This document shows positions 58,928-64,000 of a stretch of DNA of 64,000 nt, one piece after another. Source of the stretch: a virus. The DNA lies in the IMG/VR virus record IMGVR_UViG_3300042892_002528, positions 7,054-71,053 of that record, one strand, 5' to 3'. The notes under the pieces are model-generated. The model had not been told where the DNA came from. It saw only the letters and a program-made list of their open reading frames with translations, and ran no database searches. The translations under genes and the position numbers were made by a program. Within the stretch, counting starts at the first letter, position 1. The number at the start of each line of letters is the position of its first letter.

Positions 58928-60214
58928 TTAAACAGTATAGGTGTACAGCGCATATCGAACTGCATCGGCCATGTGACTATAATCATCATGCATTGGTCGT
59001 TCACGTTGTAGCCCCTCACGTTGGTCCCAGCGATACTGGTCAAACATGGCTCGCACGTTAGTGCAATGTGGGGCAACCTTTAATCGACCCTGCTGTAGCA
59101 AGGTCTGAACATACGCAATGCCTGGTAAGACATCTTTTTTGGCTTTGGTAGTTGAAATGTTATATAAGTAGGCAAGGTCACCAGCAAATTGTGCGGCTGC
59201 CGAGTCGATAAACGTAACTTCAACTCCGTGCTTTTCATTAATTGCTGTAAATTCTGCTGCGTGTTCGGCTGTAGTCTTTTCCGACTTTAAGTATTCATCG
59301 ACAATATAAAAGCAATCGCGGTTCCAATCGTAAACGATAGCGCAATAAGCAGTAGCGTCTCGGTAACCAGGGTCGCATCCAGCAAACGCTTCGCCTTTAA
59401 TATCTTCTGGAATGTCAATAACATCTGTATCCTGTAGTGTATAAATCTGACCCTCAAATACGGAAAATGAGGCTAAATATTCTTGTTCGAACTCTGACTT
59501 TGACATTGATCGTCGCGCTTCGGCAACGTCCGACTCAGCCATGCGAGTATTTTCTGTGTAATCAGCTTGCAGGCTAATCCACTCGGGGAAACCGGGATCA
59601 AAACCACGCTGCCAAAATTGTGAAAACCAATTGTTTCGACCACGAGGTGTGGAGATAAAAATAGCTTTTGCTTGTGGCTTGTCCAGTGTAGGACGTAGTG
59701 CCACATTAAAGGCGGCTTCACCGCCTTCGCCTAGTGCAGCCTCGTCAAATATGATTAGGTCATATGATCGACCAACAGTACTATCAACGGTACTAAGAGA
59801 ACCCATACGAATGGTAGAACCGTTGCTGAGTTCGATAATTTTGTCTTTGAGGTTGTCACGTGCGACTTCGAGGTCGAAGTGTTTGATGAGTTTGCGTTGG
59901 AGTTCAAATGAGATCGAAGATAAGTTATAGTTAGGCGAAATGATTAAGACATTAGACCCAGGGACTAAGGTAACCAATTGACCGATGATATTGGCAATAT
60001 AAGTTTTGCCAAGCCTGCGTGCGAGTGCAGCACAGATAAACCTGTATTTGGGATCGTTGACTGCGTTGATTAAAGCAACCTGTGGGCGGTTGATTGTATC
60101 GTATACATCTAGCAGCTTTAGGTAATTTGTTATGGGTAGCTTAATAAACCTCTGTTGAGGATCAAACTCTTGGATAACGTCGACATTGATATCTGGTCGT
60201 GAGACTACTAACAT
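58928..60214 (-). CDS. terL: terminase large subunit (T5-like)
   Basis: Walker A ARRLGKT, Walker B LIIFDEAA, ISTPRG, EQEY.ASF, nuclease D.GY.D and HMADAVRY. Confidence 0.95.
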   Translation of the reverse strand: MLVVSRPDINVDVIQEFDPQQRFIKLPITNYLKLLDVYDTINRPQVALINAVNDPKYRFICAALARRLGKTYIANIIGQLVTLVPGSNVLIISPNYNLSSISFELQRKLIKHFDLEVARDNLKDKIIELSNGSTIRMGSLSTVDSTVGRSYDLIIFDEAALGEGGEAAFNVALRPTLDKPQAKAIFISTPRGRNNWFSQFWQRGFDPGFPEWISLQADYTENTRMAESDVAEARRSMSKSEFEQEYLASFSVFEGQIYTLQDTDVIDIPEDIKGEAFAGCDPGYRDATAYCAIVYDWNRDCFYIVDEYLKSEKTTAEHAAEFTAINEKHGVEVTFIDSAAAQFAGDLAYLYNISTTKAKKDVLPGIAYVQTLLQQGRLKVAPHCTNVRAMFDQYRWDQREGLQRERPMHDDYSHMADAVRYALYTYTV

Positions 60215-60606
60215 TATTTTGTGGCCTTTGCTAACTCGCGATAGCCTTGTGTGGTTGGATGTACTTTGTCGCTGCTTGGGGTAAATGGTAGTACAGTATC
60301 GTTATACTGTTGAGCAATTTCGTGGACGTGGGATTGGATATGTGGTTTGATGGCTGGTAAAATCCAAAACACTTTTGCAACGCCAACTTTTTCACGTATT
60401 CGTTGCAGCTCAGCTTTAGTTTTAACTCCGCTATGGTCATTACTGCCTAAACTGATAATTACAGTTTTAGCTGACAAGTTATTTTTTAAATAGTCGCGAT
60501 TCCATTGCCAGGTATTCCAGCCGCCTTTAGCATAGGCTACGCACTCTGGTCTTTGTCGATGAGTACCTACGGCAATTGAGTCGCCTAAAATTAAACAGTC
60601 TAACAT
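60214..60606 (-). CDS. SGNH/GDSL hydrolase
   Basis: ILGDSIA, ISLGSND, DKVHPT motifs. Confidence 0.8.
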   Translation of the reverse strand: MLDCLILGDSIAVGTHRQRPECVAYAKGGWNTWQWNRDYLKNNLSAKTVIISLGSNDHSGVKTKAELQRIREKVGVAKVFWILPAIKPHIQSHVHEIAQQYNDTVLPFTPSSDKVHPTTQGYRELAKATK

Positions 60607-60607
60607 T

Positions 60608-60910
60608 TTATATTTTGGGTCCGTTAAATATTTGAGTGCTATCTGTACCTGTACCTAGTACGCAAGCTATTTTATCATTAAACTGGATTATTGTCCAGGT
60701 TTTGGTTTGTTGGTTAACAAACACGCTGTACTTTGGTACTTCAGCACCAGGCTCTATACCTAACCACAAAGGAGTTTCTTTGTAATCACTACTTGTTAAT
60801 CCTTGTAGTAACATTTTAGTTTCTGTACAAGTTACAGGCTTTTGTATAATTAAGGGCTGTGCTAACGCCGCGCTTGATATAAAAAGTATTAATCCTAGTA
60901 AATATTTCAT
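60608..60910 (-). CDS. secreted hypothetical protein
   Basis: Signal peptide (ALA-Q); KPVTC...TWTII....ACVLG. Confidence 0.65.
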   Translation of the reverse strand: MKYLLGLILFISSAALAQPLIIQKPVTCTETKMLLQGLTSSDYKETPLWLGIEPGAEVPKYSVFVNQQTKTWTIIQFNDKIACVLGTGTDSTQIFNGPKI

Positions 60911-61380
60911 ACGCCTTCACCAGTAATTAAACGCTGCACTAGCTGTGAATACTTTGATCCATCTAGTGCGTCATTGATTTGTACGTTGACTTGTTTTTGT
61001 GGGCCAGTAGCTTGTTGCGCTTTGGCTAGCTGAATTTCACGATCCATTAAGTCCATTGACATTTTGTGCGACATTTGAAGTAGTTCAGCAATATCTTTGG
61101 CGCTACCAGTTTGTGATTCTTCCAACTCTGAAAACTTCTGCTTGATTAGTGCATCCATAGCACGTCGCATCAAAAATCTGTTGTTGTATCCACTATCAAA
61201 GAATACTGAATCAATGTATGCTTTTACTTCACGTTTAGCTAATAAGTTAGTTACCACTTCAGGGTCTAGATCAAGTTCTTGAGCTACGGCACGGGCGTCG
61301 TTAAGTTGGAGGTAGGCATTTGCTACTTCCAGTGCTTCCGGGGAGATACGTACGGTTTCAGCAGGTAGGTGAGTTGTCAT
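60907..61380 (-). CDS. terS: terminase small subunit (T5-like)
   Basis: ISPEALEVANAYL, EVKAYIDSVFFDSGYNNR, QVNVQIN; HTH-like N-terminus; position upstream of TerL. Confidence 0.75.
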   Translation of the reverse strand: MTTHLPAETVRISPEALEVANAYLQLNDARAVAQELDLDPEVVTNLLAKREVKAYIDSVFFDSGYNNRFLMRRAMDALIKQKFSELEESQTGSAKDIAELLQMSHKMSMDLMDREIQLAKAQQATGPQKQVNVQINDALDGSKYSQLVQRLITGEGV

Positions 61381-61400
61381 AGAATTGTCCTTTTTATGTG

Positions 61401-61429
61401 ATTATACCAGTTTAGGGATGTTTTAGCAA
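61401..61429 (-). promoter_or_regulatory. sigma70-type promoter TTGCTA-17-TATAAT with TG extension
   Basis: Upstream of terS and its AAAGGA RBS. Confidence 0.78.
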
Positions 61430-61485
61430 GTGTGGATTTTGGCACCTTAGGGTGTTTGCAAATTTTCCTTAAATAGGCCGTGTCA

Positions 61486-61613
61486 GGGGGCCCCTATACC
61501 CCTAGGGGTATATGTGTCTGATAACCCCCCCATACCCCTAGTAGTATGTTTTGAATACCCGAGTATTCAATTTAAATTATAGTACGAAAAATAGTTATGC
61601 AAATTTTGCATAA
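61486..61613. repeat. palindrome cluster at the strand switch
   Basis: GGGGCCCC, TATACCCCTAGGGGTATA, TTGAATAC-CCGA-GTATTCAA, TTATGCAAA-T-TTTGCATAA. Confidence 0.75.
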
Positions 61614-61618
61614 AGGGG

Positions 61619-61646
61619 TTGACCTCGTAAAAAATACGTGTAAAAT
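61619..61646 (+). promoter_or_regulatory. sigma70-type promoter TTGACC-16-TAAAAT
   Basis: First plus-strand promoter, upstream of HNH-like ORF. Confidence 0.6.
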
Positions 61647-61702
61647 ACAGTCAGAGGGAAGCAGATGGCAAGCCCTCATAATTGAATACAAAGGTTTTCA
61701 AA

Positions 61703-62065
61703 ATGGCTAAAAGCACACGTTCACCCCTTCAGCACTTCTTTGCAAAATCCCTGAAAATGGCACGTTCAAGGGATAAAATGAATAATCGGGTTTCAGATGA
61801 TAATGTAACTATTGATTATCTTTGCGGATTATATTATGGTCAAAACGCATTATGTTTTCATACTGGTGAAATAATGACTATTGAACGTGGATTAATAGAT
61901 GGTATTCCCTGCTTTACATTATGCACTATGGATAGAATAGATAATGCTCAAGGTTATAATGTAGGTAATATTATCTTGGCTTGTGATGGTATTAATCGGA
62001 TGCGTTCAGATATGCCATTATCTCAGTTTCGGGCATTATGCAACAAAATCGGAATGAATGGATAA
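61703..62065 (+). CDS. HNH-like endonuclease
   Basis: GQNALCFHTG, TMDRIDNAQGYNVGNIILACDGINRMR; ATG 61703 after AAAGG. Confidence 0.7.
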   Translation: MAKSTRSPLQHFFAKSLKMARSRDKMNNRVSDDNVTIDYLCGLYYGQNALCFHTGEIMTIERGLIDGIPCFTLCTMDRIDNAQGYNVGNIILACDGINRMRSDMPLSQFRALCNKIGMNG

Positions 62066-62069
62066 TATA

Positions 62070-62099
62070 ATATAATAAGGGGGAAACCCCTTATTATAT
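62070..62099 (+). terminator. hairpin with GAAA tetraloop
   Basis: ATATAATAAGGGG-GAAA-CCCCTTATTATAT. Confidence 0.6.
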
Positions 62100-62113
62100 A
62101 ATAGGATTATATA

Positions 62114-62254
62114 ATGAAACATAATACAATACCCTCGCATTATACTACTGCCCAAGTATATAGATTTAAACTGTTTTGCATTAAGCATGATATTCGTTTT
62201 AATAATATGACAGAATATCGTTCAGCATTATCACAATATTATTCTGGAGAATAA
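62114..62254 (+). CDS. small hypothetical protein (46 aa)
   Basis: Not in track; AGGA RBS; MKHNTIPSHYTTAQVYRFKLFCIKHDIRFNNMTEYRSALSQYYSGE. Confidence 0.6.
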   Translation: MKHNTIPSHYTTAQVYRFKLFCIKHDIRFNNMTEYRSALSQYYSGE

Positions 62255-62255
62255 A

Positions 62256-62414
62256 ATGGATTATCAAATAGTAAATGATTATATGGCTAGAAAATACTCT
62301 GCATATACTTGGGTTTTAAAACAGGGTAATAACTGTATATGGGTTATAATGAATAATATTAATATGTATTTTATTATCAAAGATAATAAGATAATGCGAA
62401 TTGATATTGATTAA
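62256..62414 (+). CDS. small hypothetical protein (52 aa)
   Basis: Not in track; GGAG RBS; MDYQIVNDYMARKYSAYTWVLKQGNNCIWVIMNNINMYFIIKDNKIMRIDID. Confidence 0.65.
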   Translation: MDYQIVNDYMARKYSAYTWVLKQGNNCIWVIMNNINMYFIIKDNKIMRIDID

Positions 62415-62655
62415 GGGTAAACCCTTAATCAGGAAAAGACCCTGATGCCAGCAGGGTTACTCAACGAAGTGAGCACTCACTTCGGCAATTTGGGCGCACG
62501 GAATCCGTGCGCCAGTGTGCAAGTTCGAATTCTTTTCGTGAGGGTGCTTTTGCAACTGGTCGCTTAAAGCGACCGCTAGTATTCAAAAAAGGTTTTTTAT
62601 GAATACTTTTGTTTGCAGGATTTTTTTAGAAAACCAAAGTACTACGCGCGGCGCG
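62408..62655 (-). ncRNA. putative multi-hairpin non-coding RNA / palindrome array 1
   Basis: No ORF; at least seven inverted repeats; lies downstream of leftward promoter 62660-62688. Confidence 0.4.
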
Positions 62656-62659
62656 CCAA

Positions 62660-62688
62660 ATTTTAGCAGAGTACAAAAGTGTAGTCAA
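62660..62688 (-). promoter_or_regulatory. leftward promoter TTGACT-17-TAAAAT with TG extension
   Basis: Elements conserved in the second cassette while the spacer differs. Confidence 0.7.
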
Positions 62689-62705
62689 TAGGTGTTTACA
62701 CCTAT
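62688..62705. promoter_or_regulatory. operator-like palindrome ATAGGTGT-TT-ACACCTAT
   Basis: Identical copy at 63432-63449; lies between divergent promoters. Confidence 0.65.
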
Positions 62706-62722
62706 GTTGTATTTTTACACAC

Positions 62723-62752
62723 TTGAACTTTTTAGGTTTTTTCTGCTATAAT
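62723..62752 (+). promoter_or_regulatory. rightward promoter TTGAAC-18-TATAAT with TG extension
   Basis: Upstream of small TM ORF and A2-like gene. Confidence 0.65.
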
Positions 62753-62775
62753 AAACACATGGTGAAAAGGTGAAA

Positions 62776-62889
62776 ATGAAAATGACTAAATTTGCAAACA
62801 AATTAATTCAAGATATTTTATGTGCTATTTTATTCGTTGCAATAACCTTTTTGCCATTGTGGGTATGGCTTGCGTTAATGAAGCCATGA
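62776..62889 (+). CDS. small single-TM protein (37 aa)
   Basis: Not in track; AAGGTG RBS; MKMTKFANKLIQDILCAILFVAITFLPLWVWLALMKP. Confidence 0.55.
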   Translation: MKMTKFANKLIQDILCAILFVAITFLPLWVWLALMKP

Positions 62890-62921
62890 TGTTATAATTT
62901 GTTTTTAAAGGAGAAAAGAAC

Positions 62922-63248
62922 ATGACTACCAAAGCCGTGAACTACACTCAGGATCAGACTGAGAAAATGATTGCCCAATACCAAGGCGGTATGACTGTTG
63001 AATCTATTGCAGATTCACTTGGCAAAACTGTTCGTTCTGTTGTTGCAAAATTGAGCCGTGAAAAGGTTTATGTTGCTAAAGCATACAAAACGAAATCAGG
63101 TGAAACACCAATTAAAAAAGATGTTCACGCTGATTTTATTGGTGATGCGTTGGGTTTGGCTGAATCTGATACAGAATCACTCACTAAAGCCAATAAAATG
63201 GCTTTGATGAAAATTGCTGACTTTATCAAGGCTGAAAAAACCTTGTAA
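62922..63248 (+). CDS. A2: T5 A2-like pre-early DNA-binding protein
   Basis: AAGGAG RBS; NYT...T..M...Y....IA..LGKTVRSVVAKLSREKVY...SLTKANKMAL resembles T5 A2; position after strand switch. Confidence 0.6.
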   Translation: MTTKAVNYTQDQTEKMIAQYQGGMTVESIADSLGKTVRSVVAKLSREKVYVAKAYKTKSGETPIKKDVHADFIGDALGLAESDTESLTKANKMALMKIADFIKAEKTL

Positions 63249-63274
63249 ACAAGGGGCTTATGCCCCTTGTTTTT
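63247..63274 (+). terminator. rho-independent terminator (possibly bidirectional)
   Basis: AAACAAGGGGC-TTAT-GCCCCTTGTTTTT. Confidence 0.8.
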
Positions 63275-63400
63275 GAATACCCAGGTTTTCAGTATTTTTT
63301 GAAAACCTAGGTATTCATTTTTGCGCCCGCTGCGAAGTAAGCACTCACTTCGCTATTAACTAGTCGCTTCAAGCGACTGTTGCGTAAAAGCAACAGGCGC
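63274..63400 (-). ncRNA. putative multi-hairpin non-coding RNA / palindrome array 2
   Basis: Four inverted repeats, three shared with array 1; downstream of leftward promoter 63404-63432. Confidence 0.4.
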
Positions 63401-63403
63401 CAA

Positions 63404-63432
63404 ATTTTAGCATAGTCTGTTTTGGCTGTCAA
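63404..63432 (-). promoter_or_regulatory. leftward promoter TTGACA-17-TAAAAT with TG extension
   Basis: Homologous to 62660-62688. Confidence 0.7.
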
Positions 63433-63486
63433 TAGGTGTTTACACCTATGTTGTATTTTTGCACACATAGTTTTTTATCGGTTTTT

Positions 63487-63496
63487 TGTGTATAAT
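63487..63496 (+). promoter_or_regulatory. extended -10 promoter TGTGTATAAT
   Basis: Upstream of HAD gene with AAGGA RBS; no clear -35. Confidence 0.55.
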
Positions 63497-63522
63497 CACA
63501 GAATACAGAAAAGGATTACAAA

Positions 63523-63999
63523 ATGGCTAAAATTAAAAAGGTTTCAATTTATGATATGGATGGAACTATTGTTTGCAGTTTGCATAGGTATCGCACAATC
63601 GTAGATGAGTCAGGCGAAAGAATAGATTTAAATTACTGGAGAGAAAATCAGGATTTAGCATTAAATGATTCTCTTTTGCCATTAGCCGAACAATATAAAA
63701 TGGATTTAAAAGATGAATCGTGTTATGTCATTATTGCTACTGCCCGTGTTCTTAATACCCCTGATTATACATTTATTAACTCGATATTGGGCGACCCTGA
63801 TTATATTATTTCAAGACCTGAGAATTCTAATATCTCTGGTAGTTTATTAAAAATTAATGGTTTGGCTAAGTTCTTTAATTTAGTTACATTTAAAGATGCT
63901 GAATTTACATTTTACGAAGATAATACAAATTATCTAAAAGCGGTTTGTGACAGATTTAATATAAGGGGTGTATATGTACCAAGTAAACAAGGGCATTAA
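63523..63999 (+). CDS. HAD-family phosphatase (polynucleotide 3'-phosphatase/nucleotidase-like)
   Basis: IYDMDGT (DxD), IIATAR, K, FYEDN motifs. Confidence 0.8.
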   Translation: MAKIKKVSIYDMDGTIVCSLHRYRTIVDESGERIDLNYWRENQDLALNDSLLPLAEQYKMDLKDESCYVIIATARVLNTPDYTFINSILGDPDYIISRPENSNISGSLLKINGLAKFFNLVTFKDAEFTFYEDNTNYLKAVCDRFNIRGVYVPSKQGH

Positions 64000-64000
64000 T

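Noticed and set aside
58870-59076. Short ORFs overlapping the terL 3' end (58870-59076 -, 58834-59061 +)
   Set aside because: Overlap terL and a consensus promoter; no coding signal
58928-60214. Intein or intron in terminase, portal or capsid genes
   Set aside because: Lengths and motif spacing are normal; no splicing motifs seen
62408-62655. tRNA or CRISPR mini-array interpretation of the hairpin-rich intergenic DNA
   Set aside because: No cloverleaf with D/T-loop consensus and CCA end; no repeat-spacer periodicity
63422-63604. Track ORF 63422-63604 (+)
   Set aside because: Spans promoter and operator elements and overlaps the HAD gene out of frame; TTG start without RBS

Overview
The window is the virion-morphogenesis, lysis and probable pre-early/terminal part of a large AT-rich T5-like (Demerecviridae-related) siphophage with no cellular genes. 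Spanins, a GH19 endolysin and consensus sigma70 promoters point to a Gram-negative host. Positions 1-61380 are almost entirely minus-strand. In transcription order they encode TerS, TerL, an HNH nicking nuclease, portal, a prohead protease-major capsid fusion, neck/terminator/tube proteins, frameshifted tail chaperones, tape measure and a lambda-like tail tip. Next comes a ~32 kb accessory block with collagen-like and other fibre proteins, two Cys-rich paralogues, a GT9-like transferase, a NodU carbamoyltransferase, ADP-heptose pathway enzymes, heme oxygenase with a PcyX-like bilin reductase and a GT2-TPR transferase, followed by the lysis genes. From ~61600 the strand switches to short plus-strand genes (HNH-like, T5 A2-like, HAD phosphatase) separated by non-coding cassettes of shuffled palindromic modules and divergent promoters. 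The best candidates for novel systems are (i) a phage-encoded carbamoyl-heptose/protein-glycosylation pathway embedded among Thr-rich collagen fibres, (ii) bilin synthesis translationally coupled to it, and (iii) the palindrome-module cassettes that appear to be transcribed as ncRNAs. All family assignments come from motif recognition by eye; no database search was run.
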